DNA from: an uncultured Chloroflexia bacterium
Lineage (GTDB): Bacteria; Chloroflexota; Limnocylindria; Limnocylindrales; CSP1-4
Assembly: GCA_963720715.1 (NCBI GenBank)
Contig: CAVRGM010000002.1
Coordinates: 220,446 to 284,445 of the forward strand
Length of the DNA: 64,000 nucleotides
Reading direction: 5' to 3'
Below are positions 18,826 to 28,943 of the stretch, piece after piece (the first letter of the stretch is position 1; every line of letters starts with the position of its first letter). Made by a program: the position numbers and the translations under genes. The notes beneath the pieces are model-generated. The model did no database searches and was not told where the DNA came from. It worked only from the letters and a program-made list of their open reading frames with translations.

Positions 18826-20306
18826 CGGAGTCCGGCCAGGGTGGCGCGCGCGATCGACGCTTCGAGCGGGTCGTAGCTCGGATCGAGGTCGAGCGCCTGG
18901 CCGAGCAGCATCCGTGCGCGGTCGTCCTGGTGAAGGGCGGCCGCGATCATCCCGGCATGCGCCAGTAATCTCGCGTCTTTCGTCCCGAAGGCCAGGGCTG
19001 TGGTCATCGCCTCATCGGCTTCTGCCGGGCGGTCATTGGCGAGCAGCGCCCAGGCCAGCGCATCGTAGCCGTAGACATCCTTCCGGATGGCGATCTCGTC
19101 CTCGGCCAGGGTCAGGGCCAGCGCCGGGTCGTCCCCGGAACCGGCCAGGTAGAGCGACAGGACCCGGTCGTAGACGTCCGCCGCCGACCCCGCCAACCGG
19201 GCGATGGCAAGGACGGTCTTGCGGTCGTTCTGCTCGCGCTGCGCGTCCCCATCGGCCCCGCGCAGGCGGTACAGATCGGCTCGTCGAGCGAGGGACTGCG
19301 GAAGCGGGATGATGGCGATCGCCTTGTCGAGCTGGGCGATGGCTTCGTCGAGATCGCCGTCCGCAGCGGCGACCCGGGCCAGTCCCCAGCGAGCAAGATG
19401 CGAACGCGGTTCGGACCTGAGGGCACCGGCATAGGCCTTCTTCGCCCCGGCCCGGTCGCCGGTCGCGATCAGCGTGTCGCCCAGCTGATACTGGAACCAG
19501 GCGAGCCCGTTGCTGACACCTTCGTCGCGTCGCGCCGCCGCCACGGCCCCGCGGGACGCCCTTACCGCGTCGGCGGTCCGGCCCTCGATGAAGGCCAGGT
19601 GACTCGAGCGGACGAGAGACGCCGCCGAATCGTCGATCGCGCGCAGGCGTCCGATGGCGTCGGCCGCTGCGGCGACGTCGCCAAGTTCGAGTGTGGCATC
19701 GCCGAGCGTCGCAAGGGCGGCGGGATCCTCGGGATTCGTGGCGAGGATCGCGGTCGCGCTGGCGCGCGCATCCTGGAACTGGTGCAGCGCGATCTGGATG
19801 ACCCCGCGGTAATCGAGCGCCGGGCCGTAGGTCGGGTACGCGTCTAATGCGCCCTCGACGGCCGCGCTCGCGGCGAGGTAGGCGGTCAGGTCACCGGTCG
19901 CCCGGGCCAGCTCGATCTCCGAGGCGGCCAGTCGAACGGCGCTCACGAAATCGCCGGGGCTCTCGGCGAATCGGCCGCCCCAGAATGCGACATCGGCGCG
20001 GATCCGCTTGAGGTCGCGGCTCACCTGGATCTCGTCGGCCGGTACGAGCGCGTCAGTCCCAAGGAGGTCCGGGGACGGAGCGACGACCGGCTGCTGGCCC
20101 GCTGCCGGATCGCCGGTGACCGGGTCGCCGACGACCGGCGCCGACGGTGCGACCGACTGACCGGCTGCGTTCGGCGCGCCGGCCCGGGTCGACGTCGGGC
20201 TCGTTCGCGGCAAGAGCTGGCTGACGATGGCGAAGACGATGGCCAGCAGGAGGACGGCGAGGGGGACTCGCGGCAGGCCGGCGATGGTGTTGCTCGGAGG
20301 GTTCAT
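18822..20306 (-). CDS. Membrane-anchored TPR protein
   Basis: N-terminal transmembrane helix, Ala-rich TPR repeats, and RKDVYGYDALAWAL. Confidence 0.85.
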   Translation of the reverse strand: MNPPSNTIAGLPRVPLAVLLLAIVFAIVSQLLPRTSPTSTRAGAPNAAGQSVAPSAPVVGDPVTGDPAAGQQPVVAPSPDLLGTDALVPADEIQVSRDLKRIRADVAFWGGRFAESPGDFVSAVRLAASEIELARATGDLTAYLAASAAVEGALDAYPTYGPALDYRGVIQIALHQFQDARASATAILATNPEDPAALATLGDATLELGDVAAAADAIGRLRAIDDSAASLVRSSHLAFIEGRTADAVRASRGAVAAARRDEGVSNGLAWFQYQLGDTLIATGDRAGAKKAYAGALRSEPRSHLARWGLARVAAADGDLDEAIAQLDKAIAIIPLPQSLARRADLYRLRGADGDAQREQNDRKTVLAIARLAGSAADVYDRVLSLYLAGSGDDPALALTLAEDEIAIRKDVYGYDALAWALLANDRPAEADEAMTTALAFGTKDARLLAHAGMIAAALHQDDRARMLLGQALDLDPSYDPLEASIARATLAGLR

Positions 20307-20358
20307 GTGGATCGTCGCGTCCCGTCTGGTCGAGGTTTGATGGAGGGGTGGAAGACGG

Positions 20359-20385
20359 CGCGGGCCGACCGGGGGCCGGCCCGCG
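20359..20385 (-). terminator. GC-rich hairpin after the DUF4331 gene (terminator or stabiliser)
   Basis: CGCGGGCCG/CGGCCCGCG 9-bp stem immediately after the stop codon. Confidence 0.45.
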
Positions 20386-20394
20386 TCCGCGGGG

Positions 20395-21534
20395 CTAGAA
20401 GGGCTTCTGGATGTACGGGAAGTGGGTCCGGAACGACCGGTCGTTGGCGTCGACCCCATCGCTCGTGACGTTGCCGTTGGTCAGCAACCCGAACTCGGCG
20501 TCGATGACGTCATCGCCCAGCTTCCGTCCATTGAGGAACCCGGCGCCGTCACCGAGCTTGATCGTCAGCAGGTCGGGGAGGAGGACCTCCGCGATGCCTG
20601 AGATCGTCGCATCGTCGTAGGCGGGCAGGCTGTTCGCATCGAGCACGTTGCCGATCGCGTTCAGGACGCCCTTGACGTTATCCGTGTCGTACGCCCGGTC
20701 ACCGGTCGGCTTGATGCGATTGGCACCTTCCTTCTCGGCGTCGGTCGTGTTGAACACGGTGTTGATGGCCGGTCGACCCATCCGGTCGATCTGCCGCCAG
20801 TGCGAGCCGCTCCGACGGAGCGTGGTGGCCCAGACGCCGACGGTCGTGCCGCTGCCGCCGAGGCGCTTGTTCGGGAGTTCGATCGCCAGTGAGCTGACGT
20901 TCGTGCCACGGAAGGTGTCCTCACCGGTGAATCCACCTAGGAGGTCGCCCAGATCCGTGCTGCCCGCGAGGAGCTGCGTCTTGAACTGGACGAAGCCCGG
21001 CAGGTCGAAGAAGAACGGATCGTCTCGGGGACCGGCGAAGACCTTGCCGCCGCCGTCGATCTTGACGATCTTCTGCTTGTGGCCGTAGGCGCTCGTGCGC
21101 CCGGTGGCGACGACCTTGCCGTACCAACCGTTGCGGTCCGCCGACTTGCCGGTGTCGCGCATGACGACGAAGTCCTGGATGACCGCGCCGTCGTTCAGGG
21201 TCGAACGGTTGCGGAACTTGACTCGATAGGCGATCTCCGCTCGGGCGTCGCCGTCGGTGTCGATCTGGAACTGGTAGATGGCCCTGCCGCGGAACCGCGT
21301 CGTCGCGGTGTCGCCCGGGCTGGTCAGGGGGTTCGTGTTGAGGATGAGGGTCGTGCCACCGGTCGACTTGAACGCGAACAGGTCGGTGATGTCGATCCGA
21401 TGGGCCGATTTGGTCGTGGGTGCATCGAGGTGGTCGGCGGCGCTGACGAACAGCGCGCTGGAGCCGAGGCTGGCGACGAGTCCGGCCATGGCCAGCAGGC
21501 CTGCCGATGACGCGACGCGTCGATTGGATCTCAT
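20395..21534 (-). CDS. Secreted DUF4331-family protein
   Basis: Signal peptide; ADHLDAP, DITDLFAF, GPRDDPFFFDL, QIDRMGRPAIN, NGRKLGDDVID and FPY. Confidence 0.9.
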   Translation of the reverse strand: MRSNRRVASSAGLLAMAGLVASLGSSALFVSAADHLDAPTTKSAHRIDITDLFAFKSTGGTTLILNTNPLTSPGDTATTRFRGRAIYQFQIDTDGDARAEIAYRVKFRNRSTLNDGAVIQDFVVMRDTGKSADRNGWYGKVVATGRTSAYGHKQKIVKIDGGGKVFAGPRDDPFFFDLPGFVQFKTQLLAGSTDLGDLLGGFTGEDTFRGTNVSSLAIELPNKRLGGSGTTVGVWATTLRRSGSHWRQIDRMGRPAINTVFNTTDAEKEGANRIKPTGDRAYDTDNVKGVLNAIGNVLDANSLPAYDDATISGIAEVLLPDLLTIKLGDGAGFLNGRKLGDDVIDAEFGLLTNGNVTSDGVDANDRSFRTHFPYIQKPF

Positions 21535-21654
21535 GGTCGTCGTACCTTCTGTGTCGGATGGGTGGGCGTGGGGATGGGTCTCATGGACAGTCGGACGGTC
21601 GAGCCTCCCTCTCGTCCCTCAGGTCTCGAGCCCCAGGTGGGGCGCATGGCACGT

Positions 21655-21681
21655 ATTCGCGACAACGAGTGACGCGGATGA
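21655..21681 (-). promoter_or_regulatory. SigK-like ECF promoter for the DUF4331 operon
   Basis: TCATCC-N15-GCGAAT on the minus strand, close to the mycobacterial SigK consensus CCATCC-N15-CCGAA (recalled from memory). Confidence 0.55.
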
Positions 21682-21720
21682 CCGACGGGCGGCGACAGGG
21701 GGTCGGCTACACTCGACCGC

Positions 21721-22407
21721 GTGAACGGTTCAGGGGTGGAGGCCGACGGCTGGTTCATCACCGTCGAGGGACCCGAGGGCGCCGGCAAGACGACGCTGGC
21801 TGCCGACCTGGCGCGCGACCTCGAACGAGACGATCGGGACATCTGCCTGACCCGGGAACCGGGTGGCACCCGGCTTGGCGAGCGGATCCGCGATGTGATC
21901 CTGGCTCGGACCGATGCGACCAGCAAGACCGACCCACTGACCGATGCGCTGCTGTTCAATGCCGCGCGGCGCCAGTTGGTCGGCGAGGTGATCCGCCCGG
22001 CCATGGCGGCCGGTAGAGTCGTGGTCTGTGCCCGGTTCGCCGATTCGACCCTGGCCTACCAGGGGTACGGCGCCGGTATCCCGCTGGCGGCGTTGCACGA
22101 CCTGGAACGGGTCGCGACGGACGGTCTGCGTCCGGACCTGACGATCCTTCTCGACCTCCCGGCCGAGGATGGCCTGAAGCGCAAGGGGCTGACCGACCTG
22201 ACCCGGTTCGAGACCGAGTTCGACCTCGCGTTCCATCGTCGGGTCCGGGACGGGTTCCTGGCCCTCGCCGCGGCCGAGCCGGATCGATTCGTGGTCATCG
22301 ATGCCGGCCGGTCACCGGCCGAGGTCCTGCGCGCTGCTCGGTCGGCCGTCGATCGACGGATGGGCAGCGATGAACCAAGATCGCCGACGTTGCGCACAAC
22401 CGTATGA
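21721..22407 (+). CDS. tmk: Thymidylate kinase
   Basis: FITVEGPEGAGKTT, TREPGGT, RFADSTLAYQG and PDLTILLD. Confidence 0.95.
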   Translation: MNGSGVEADGWFITVEGPEGAGKTTLAADLARDLERDDRDICLTREPGGTRLGERIRDVILARTDATSKTDPLTDALLFNAARRQLVGEVIRPAMAAGRVVVCARFADSTLAYQGYGAGIPLAALHDLERVATDGLRPDLTILLDLPAEDGLKRKGLTDLTRFETEFDLAFHRRVRDGFLALAAAEPDRFVVIDAGRSPAEVLRAARSAVDRRMGSDEPRSPTLRTTV

Positions 22408-23000
22408 ACCAGGCGGATCCGTCACGACGCCTTCGTACCTCGACCCCTGCGGACGAGGCCGATCGGGCCGTGCTCAGCCGCCTGGCCGACGGAGAGCTCG
22501 ATGCTCTCGGGGACCTGTACGACCGCTACAAGACCATGGCCTTCTCCATCGCCTATCGAATCACGAATGATGCAACCCTTGCCGAGGACGTCGTCCAGGA
22601 GGCGTTCCTGGGTGCCTGGCGCAACGCCGCCCGTTATGTCGAGGGCCGTGGCAGCGTCAAGACGTGGTTGCTCGCGATCGTCCATCACCGGGCCATCGAT
22701 GCTGTCCGTCGGCGCAAGCCGACGACGGAGTTGCCCGATGTCGAATCGCCGCCACCGACCGCATTCCGACTGCCCGACGTGTGGGCCGAGGTCGCGGCTG
22801 GGCTGGACGCGGAGACGGTTCGCGACGCGCTCGGGGTATTGTCCGATGTCCAGCGTGAGGCGATCGAGCTTGCCTACTTCGGCGGCCTGACCCAGCAGGA
22901 GATCGCAGATCGGACCGCTACGCCGCTGGGCACGGTCAAGAGCCGGATGCGGCTGGGCCTGTTGGCGATGCGCCGGACGCTGGAAGAGGAGCCGTCGTGA
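22404..23000 (+). CDS. ECF sigma factor (SigK-like)
   Basis: AEDVVQEAFL, TWLLAIVHHRAID, LAYFGGLTQQEIA and PLGTVKSRMRLGL. Confidence 0.92.
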   Translation: MNQADPSRRLRTSTPADEADRAVLSRLADGELDALGDLYDRYKTMAFSIAYRITNDATLAEDVVQEAFLGAWRNAARYVEGRGSVKTWLLAIVHHRAIDAVRRRKPTTELPDVESPPPTAFRLPDVWAEVAAGLDAETVRDALGVLSDVQREAIELAYFGGLTQQEIADRTATPLGTVKSRMRLGLLAMRRTLEEEPS

Positions 23001-23833
23001 CCGAGCGGACGGGCGGGACCGAACTGACCTGCGGCGATGTCGAAGAGCTGGCGGGTGCCTATGTGCTGGGCGCGCTCGACCCGGCTACCGACGCAGCCGT
23101 TCGGGCGCATCTCGAGACGCACGGCGCGGCACACCCTGAGATCGCCGAACTCGGGTCCGTATTGCCCGTGCTGGACGCGAGCGCGCCGATCATGGAGCCA
23201 CCGGTCGAGTTGCGTGCCAGGATCATGGCCGCAGCCGCCGCCGAGGTCGCGGCGCGGCCCGCGGTCTCGGCTGCCCTGGACCAGCCGTCCCCGGCTCACG
23301 GTCCAGTCGCGTTCCCGAGCGCGAACGAACGGACCCCTCGGCGAGATCGGGCAGGTGTCGGCGTTTGGCTGGTGCGGATCGCGGCGGTCGTCGCCATCGT
23401 GGGCCTGGTCGGCTGGAATCTCGTATTACAGAACCAGTTGAGTGCCGCGAAGACCTACGAACAGACCGTGGCCGCGGTGATGGATGCGGCAGCCCAGCCT
23501 GGCTCCTTGACCGCCGTACTGACCGGTGTCGATCCGGCCACCGGCGCCGGCGTGGCGGCCGTGACGGCCGACGGCGATGTCACGCTGGCGATGCAGGACC
23601 TCGCTCCCACGACCGGGCAGTCAGTCTACGAAGCCTGGGTCATCGCCGGTGACGGTGTACCCGTCGCCTTGGGCGGCTTCACGGTCGGGAGCAGCGGGAC
23701 CGCGGCGTTCCAGGCGGCGGGCCTGCCGACGGAGGATGGGATCGTCCTGGCCCTGACCCTCGAGCCGGCACCGGGTGCGACCGTCGCTGCCGGACCACTC
23801 GTCTCGAAAGGTGTGGCGACGACTCCGGGTTGA
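22997..23833 (+). CDS. RskA-family anti-sigma factor
   Basis: ELAGAYVLGALD N-terminus, single transmembrane helix, VYEAWVI and LALTLEP. Confidence 0.88.
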   Translation: MTERTGGTELTCGDVEELAGAYVLGALDPATDAAVRAHLETHGAAHPEIAELGSVLPVLDASAPIMEPPVELRARIMAAAAAEVAARPAVSAALDQPSPAHGPVAFPSANERTPRRDRAGVGVWLVRIAAVVAIVGLVGWNLVLQNQLSAAKTYEQTVAAVMDAAAQPGSLTAVLTGVDPATGAGVAAVTADGDVTLAMQDLAPTTGQSVYEAWVIAGDGVPVALGGFTVGSSGTAAFQAAGLPTEDGIVLALTLEPAPGATVAAGPLVSKGVATTPG

Positions 23834-24853
23834 TCAGGCGTCCGGCCCGACCCCCGACGATACGGTGCCCCGTCCCTCGCGCCTGGCTCGAGCCAGAGCT
23901 TCGGTCGCCGCGGCGATCAGCGCCTGCGCCTCGGTCCCGTCCGCGGGGAAGCGGGCGACCCCGGCCGAGACCGTGATCGGTCGCCCGCCGATCGCAGGCA
24001 GAGCGGCGATACCGCCGAGAACCCGTTGGGCGACGACGGCACCGGCCGGGCCTGGGGCGATCAGGACGAATTCGTCGCCACCGACGCGGCCGACCGTGTC
24101 GACCAGTCGGACTGATTCGGCGAGGACCGCAGCGACCTGGCGAAGGACGTCGTCGCCGGCCGCATGACCTCCATCCCGGTTGGTCGCCTGGAAGTCGTCG
24201 ACGTCGAACAAGGCCAGCGACACTTCGCCGCCCTGCCGGCCCGCCCGGACCAGCTCGGCCTCGAGGATCCGGCCGATCGTTCGCTCGTTGGCGAGGCCGG
24301 TCAGCGGGTCCGTATGGGCCATCCGCTCGAACCATTCGCTCCGCTCGGCAACGGTCGAGGCCAGCCGGGCTCGCTCGATGGCGACCGCAGCCAGCGAGGC
24401 AAGGGCGAGCAACGCCTCCTGCTCCTGGGCATCGACCTCGCGCGGCGCCGGCCACCCGAATCCGATCGACCCGAGCGACATCTCGACCCCGCCGCTGACG
24501 ACCGTCAAGGGCAGGTAGGCGCCGACGGATGGTCCCGCCTCGGCGACCACCGAAGCCCGATCGAATGTCGCCTCACCGGTCGTCGTGGCTGCCGTGAACG
24601 GGTGCGATGGGTCGCGGATCTCGTCGGCAAGCCGGTCCGTGGCGGCTGCGTCCATGCCATGCGCGGCCACGACCTGGAGACCGTCTCGATCCGGATCGGC
24701 CACGATGACGGCGCTCATCGCCGGGCTCACGGCGATGTCAGCCGCGGACAGGATGCCGTCGAGGATCGCGTCGAGGTCGGCGCCTCTCGCGAGTGCATGT
24801 ATCGCGGCGCTGACGGCAAGGCGTGGATCGCTGGTTGGTCGGTCGGTCGGCAC
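23834..24853 (-). CDS. GAF-GGDEF diguanylate cyclase
   Basis: TDPLTGLAN, intact GGDEF, and RLVD I-site. Confidence 0.9.
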   Translation of the reverse strand: MPTDRPTSDPRLAVSAAIHALARGADLDAILDGILSAADIAVSPAMSAVIVADPDRDGLQVVAAHGMDAAATDRLADEIRDPSHPFTAATTTGEATFDRASVVAEAGPSVGAYLPLTVVSGGVEMSLGSIGFGWPAPREVDAQEQEALLALASLAAVAIERARLASTVAERSEWFERMAHTDPLTGLANERTIGRILEAELVRAGRQGGEVSLALFDVDDFQATNRDGGHAAGDDVLRQVAAVLAESVRLVDTVGRVGGDEFVLIAPGPAGAVVAQRVLGGIAALPAIGGRPITVSAGVARFPADGTEAQALIAAATEALARARREGRGTVSSGVGPDA

Positions 24854-24954
24854 GGACGACTCCTACACGTCGGGAACGGCTTCGCGGGAGAGGCATCGTA
24901 CACCTCACGCTCGGTGCATTGACCCGGGTCGCTCGTGGCCCCGATACTCCGGGC

Positions 24955-25284
24955 GTGAAGATCGTCTTGGCCATCGTGCACAGCGAGGACGCCGGCGCCC
25001 TGGTGACGGCCCTCCTCGACAAGGAATTCCGGGCGACGCGGCTGCAGAGTTCCGGCGGATTCCTCAAGCAATCCAATGCGACCATCATCCTCGGCGTTGA
25101 CGACGGCGATGTGGATGAGGTCATGGGCATCGTCCGGGCCAACTGCACGTCACGTACCCAGGTCGTCAATCCGATGCCACCGATCATGGAACCCGGCGAA
25201 TTCTTCATGCCCTATCCGCTCGAAGTGGAGGTCGGTGGCGCCACGGTCTTCGTCCTTCCGGTCGAACGCTTCGAACGTCTCTGA
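24955..25284 (+). CDS. darA: Cyclic-di-AMP receptor, PII-like (DarA/PstA)
   Basis: KIVLAIVHSEDA, TRLQSSGGFLKQSNAT and VEVGGATVFV. TTGACC and GATACT boxes lie directly before the GTG. Confidence 0.92.
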   Translation: MKIVLAIVHSEDAGALVTALLDKEFRATRLQSSGGFLKQSNATIILGVDDGDVDEVMGIVRANCTSRTQVVNPMPPIMEPGEFFMPYPLEVEVGGATVFVLPVERFERL

Positions 25285-25313
25285 ATGATGCTCGACATCG
25301 CCGTCGTCGCCCG

Positions 25314-25850
25314 GTGAGCCCACTCCGACCGGATCTTGTCGACTGCTGGATATTCCGCGTCGGGATGACGGCCCGGGCCGTTGAACGGCCCGAGATCCTC
25401 CTCCTGCGACGGGCGCCCGGTCGGATCCTGCCTGGGCTCTGGCAGTGCGTGTCCGGCACCCTCGAACCGGGTGAGCGGGTATCGGTCGGCGCCCTGCGTG
25501 AACTCCAGGAGGAGACGGGCTTCGGGCCGGACGATATCGAGGCCTTCTATGACCTCGACCTCGTCAATCAATTCCATGAGCCGTCGTACGACGCGATCGT
25601 GAGCGCCGCCGTGTTCGCTGTCCGGTTGCGTCCCGAGGCCGAACCACGGATCTCGGCCGAGCACGACGACCTGCGCTGGCACGACCTCGATGAGGCCCAC
25701 CAGCAGGTCATCTGGCCCGGTTATCGAACGGCGATCGAGCGCATCCGCGACGACCTGTCCGAGCCGGAACGGGCGGCCTGGTTCGAACTGACCCTGGCCG
25801 GCGATCGGGCCGGATCGGACCTGGGGTCCCCGAAGCTGACACGCTGGTAG
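25314..25850 (+). CDS. NUDIX hydrolase
   Basis: GTLEPGERVSVGALRELQEETG Nudix box and SAEHD. Confidence 0.9.
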   Translation: MSPLRPDLVDCWIFRVGMTARAVERPEILLLRRAPGRILPGLWQCVSGTLEPGERVSVGALRELQEETGFGPDDIEAFYDLDLVNQFHEPSYDAIVSAAVFAVRLRPEAEPRISAEHDDLRWHDLDEAHQQVIWPGYRTAIERIRDDLSEPERAAWFELTLAGDRAGSDLGSPKLTRW

Positions 25851-25866
25851 ACTCCGGCGAGGGCCG

Positions 25867-27096
25867 ATGACCGACGGGGACGCGGCACAGGAGGGCCAGG
25901 TGATCGACCGAAACGCAGGCATGCTGGACGCAGGCGTCGCGACGGCCGCGAACCGTCGGGTCTTCCGGTCCAAGGTCGACAGTATCCGTCCGACCTACGG
26001 CTTCGATGACGTGTCCCTGGCGCCGGGCACGGACACCATCGAGCCAGCGGACGTCGACCTCGCCCAGTCGTTCGCCGGGATCGATCTTGCCATCCCTATC
26101 CTCGCGTCCGCCATGGATGCCGTCGTGGACCCGGCATTCAGTGGGACCCTGGCTCGGCTCGGCGGTCTCGCGATCCTGAACCTCGAAGGTGTCCAGACCC
26201 GGTACGAGGAGCCGGCCGAGATCCTCGACCGGATCGCGACGGCACCCGATGACGCCGTCCAGGCGCTTCTCGCCGAGGCCTATCAGCAACCGATCCGCGA
26301 GGACCTGATCGCTCGCAGGATCGATGCCATCCACGAGGCGGGATCGCCGGCCGCCGTCGCTGCCACGCCAGGCGCGGCCCAGCGGTTCGGGTCGTTCTGT
26401 GCCGATCACGGCGCGGACCTGTTCCTGGTCCAGAGCCAGGTCTCTTCGGCACGACACATCGCCACCGAGTACGAGCCGCTGTCGCTGGCTGATTTCGCGA
26501 GGTCGATGCCCATCCCGGTCGCGGTCGGGAACACGACGAATGCCGAGGCAGCGTTCGCATTGATGGAGCAGGGGGCCGCCGCGGTCTTCGTCGGGGTCGG
26601 CCCGGGGGCAGCCTGCACGACCCGCGAGGTCCTCGGCATCGGGGTCCCGCAGGTCACGGCGGTCAGCGATGTCGCCGCAGCCCGCGACGCGTATATGGCC
26701 GAGACCGGGCGGTACGTGCCGGTCGTGGCCGATGGCGGGATGCGACGCGGCGGCGAGTTGGCCAAGGCGATCGCGGCCGGTGCGGATGTGTTGATGATCG
26801 GCTCGCCACTGGCGCGTGCAGCGGAAGCTCCGGGCAAGGGGATGAACTGGGGGATGGCGGCCCCGTCACCGACCTTGCCGCGGGGGACCCGGATCCAGGT
26901 TCGGACCGTCGGCAGCCTGGAGCGCATCCTGTTCGGCCCGGCGCACGTCACGGACGGTTCCGAGAATCTCGTCGGGGCGTTGCGACAGTCGATGGCCGCA
27001 CTCGGCGCCCGGACGATCCGCGACATGCAGCGGGTCGAACTCGTCTACGCTCCGTCGACCCAGACCGAGGGCAAGTCCTGGCAGCGGGCTCGCTGA
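25867..27096 (+). CDS. IMP dehydrogenase-family protein (GuaB3-like, no CBS domains)
   Basis: [29 protein letters not shown] and WGMA. Confidence 0.9.
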   Translation: MTDGDAAQEGQVIDRNAGMLDAGVATAANRRVFRSKVDSIRPTYGFDDVSLAPGTDTIEPADVDLAQSFAGIDLAIPILASAMDAVVDPAFSGTLARLGGLAILNLEGVQTRYEEPAEILDRIATAPDDAVQALLAEAYQQPIREDLIARRIDAIHEAGSPAAVAATPGAAQRFGSFCADHGADLFLVQSQVSSARHIATEYEPLSLADFARSMPIPVAVGNTTNAEAAFALMEQGAAAVFVGVGPGAACTTREVLGIGVPQVTAVSDVAAARDAYMAETGRYVPVVADGGMRRGGELAKAIAAGADVLMIGSPLARAAEAPGKGMNWGMAAPSPTLPRGTRIQVRTVGSLERILFGPAHVTDGSENLVGALRQSMAALGARTIRDMQRVELVYAPSTQTEGKSWQRAR

Positions 27097-28943
27097 CCAT
27101 CGCACCGGGCGCCGATCCGGGGATCGACCCGAGGCGTATCGTCCGCGCCTGGCTCATCGTCGTTGCCGGAGCCGGGCTTTCCCTGGCGCTCGGTGCATGT
27201 TCGTCCGGGACGAGCGGCACCAGCTGGACCTATGGCCCGGTGCTGGCCGAGGTCCCGGAAGCATCCGCCTCGATCGGGCCATCGGTCGGGCCATCGGTCG
27301 CGCCCTCCGCGGGGCCGTCGACAGCTGCCTCGGCCGAACCCACGCCCGTACCTACGCCCACGACCGGTCCGGTCCCGTCCGGATCCGAACCGACGATCGC
27401 ACCATCGCCCGTCCCGGCTGGGGCGGACGCCAGCTGGACATATGTCGGCACCAGGCCCTGCCCGGAGAGCCGATTCGAGTGCGTGACGCTGGCAGTGCCG
27501 AAAGACCACACCGCTCCCGCGGGCGGTCCGACGTTGGATGTCACCTTCGCCATCCTGCGCGCGGCCAAGGACCGGATCGGCACGTTCGTGGTCATCACCG
27601 GTGGCCCGGGGACGAGCGGCATCTCAGTCGCGGATGACTACACCGACTACTACGCCAAGAAGATCACCGACGCCTACGACATCGTGTTCATCGACCAGCG
27701 CGGGATCGGCCTTTCGGGTGAGATCCAGTGCGTCGATGCCGCGGCAGCCTTCTACCGCTCCCCGGCACGACCGCAGGCACCTGAGGAACGCGATGCGGCC
27801 GTCGATGCGGCGCGCACGTTCGCGACCGATTGTGTCGCCGAAGCGGGGATCGACGAAGCGGACCTGCCCTTCTACGCCACCAGCCAGGCGGCCGAGGACC
27901 TCGAAGCGATCCGGGAATACCTGGATGCCGACAAGCTGGACCTGTACGGCGAGAGTTACGGGACACAGTTCGCCCAGACCTACGCAGCGGGCCATGCCGA
28001 CCATCTGGCCGCGCTGTTCCTGGATGGCCCGGTCGACATGGCGCTGGATGGCCCGACCTACTACATCGAAACCACTCGGTCGGCTGACGACACGCTGGTC
28101 GCCACCTTGTCTGACTGCACGCACGAGAAGCGCTGCGCCGCTGACGTCAAGGGTCGTGATGCGCTGGCCGCCTACGATGACCTGGCCGCCCGCCTGGACG
28201 GGGGGCCTCTGCCCTACGACTTCACGACCGCGACCGGTGGGACGCAAGGCCGCGAGCTGACCATCGCCGATCTCGAGAACGCGGCCTACGGGTACATCTA
28301 CGGGCGGACCGACCGGGAGATCCTCCAGCGAGCGATCGCATCCGCTTCGCACGGCAACCTGGTGCCCCTCGCGAGGGCCGCCGACGACAGCCTCGGGATC
28401 GACCCCGACACGGGTGAAGCCGTGGTCGATCCCGGCTGGTCCGATGCGCTCTACTACGCGGTCGAGTGCCAGGACTACGCGTTCTATCCGGACGCCGGTG
28501 ACGACGACGCTCGGCTCGATGCCTGGGTCGACGCTGCCAGCGGCGCCCGGATCGAGGATGCGCGCTTGGCGACCAGCTTCTTCGGCGACCTGCCGTGCCT
28601 GTACTGGCCAAACGCAACGACCGTCGACGACCGACCCGACCCACTCATCGACCCGCCGTTCCCGGTCTTCGTGCTGACCTCGACGACCGACCCAGCGACG
28701 CCGATCGCGAACGGGATGCGCATCTATTCGCGACTCTCCGACGGCTGGTTCTTCCAGGCTCTCGGCGGACCGCACGTCATCTTCGCCTGGGGTGATGCCT
28801 GCCCCGATGACCAGATCTCGGATTTCCTCGCGCACGGCACGTTCCCGGAGACCCGGGTGACGACCTGCGCCGGCGAGGTCGCCGACCCGTACGTGCCCAT
28901 CGCCCCCCACGGGCGGCCGGCTATCGCGACGCCCTCGACCTGA
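27093..28943 (+). CDS. Lipoprotein alpha/beta hydrolase (TAP-like peptidase); probable CTG start; C-terminus probably continues into 28943..29272
   Basis: In-frame lipobox LALGAC upstream of the track start; GGPG, DQRG, GESYG nucleophile and DPATP. Confidence 0.8.
   Translation: MTIAPGADPGIDPRRIVRAWLIVVAGAGLSLALGACSSGTSGTSWTYGPVLAEVPEASASIGPSVGPSVAPSAGPSTAASAEPTPVPTPTTGPVPSGSEPTIAPSPVPAGADASWTYVGTRPCPESRFECVTLAVPKDHTAPAGGPTLDVTFAILRAAKDRIGTFVVITGGPGTSGISVADDYTDYYAKKITDAYDIVFIDQRGIGLSGEIQCVDAAAAFYRSPARPQAPEERDAAVDAARTFATDCVAEAGIDEADLPFYATSQAAEDLEAIREYLDADKLDLYGESYGTQFAQTYAAGHADHLAALFLDGPVDMALDGPTYYIETTRSADDTLVATLSDCTHEKRCAADVKGRDALAAYDDLAARLDGGPLPYDFTTATGGTQGRELTIADLENAAYGYIYGRTDREILQRAIASASHGNLVPLARAADDSLGIDPDTGEAVVDPGWSDALYYAVECQDYAFYPDAGDDDARLDAWVDAASGARIEDARLATSFFGDLPCLYWPNATTVDDRPDPLIDPPFPVFVLTSTTDPATPIANGMRIYSRLSDGWFFQALGGPHVIFAWGDACPDDQISDFLAHGTFPETRVTTCAGEVADPYVPIAPHGRPAIATPST

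Noticed and set aside
17023-18876. 617-aa plus-strand ORF
   Set aside because: It is the shadow of the NicO transporter and has no recognisable motifs.
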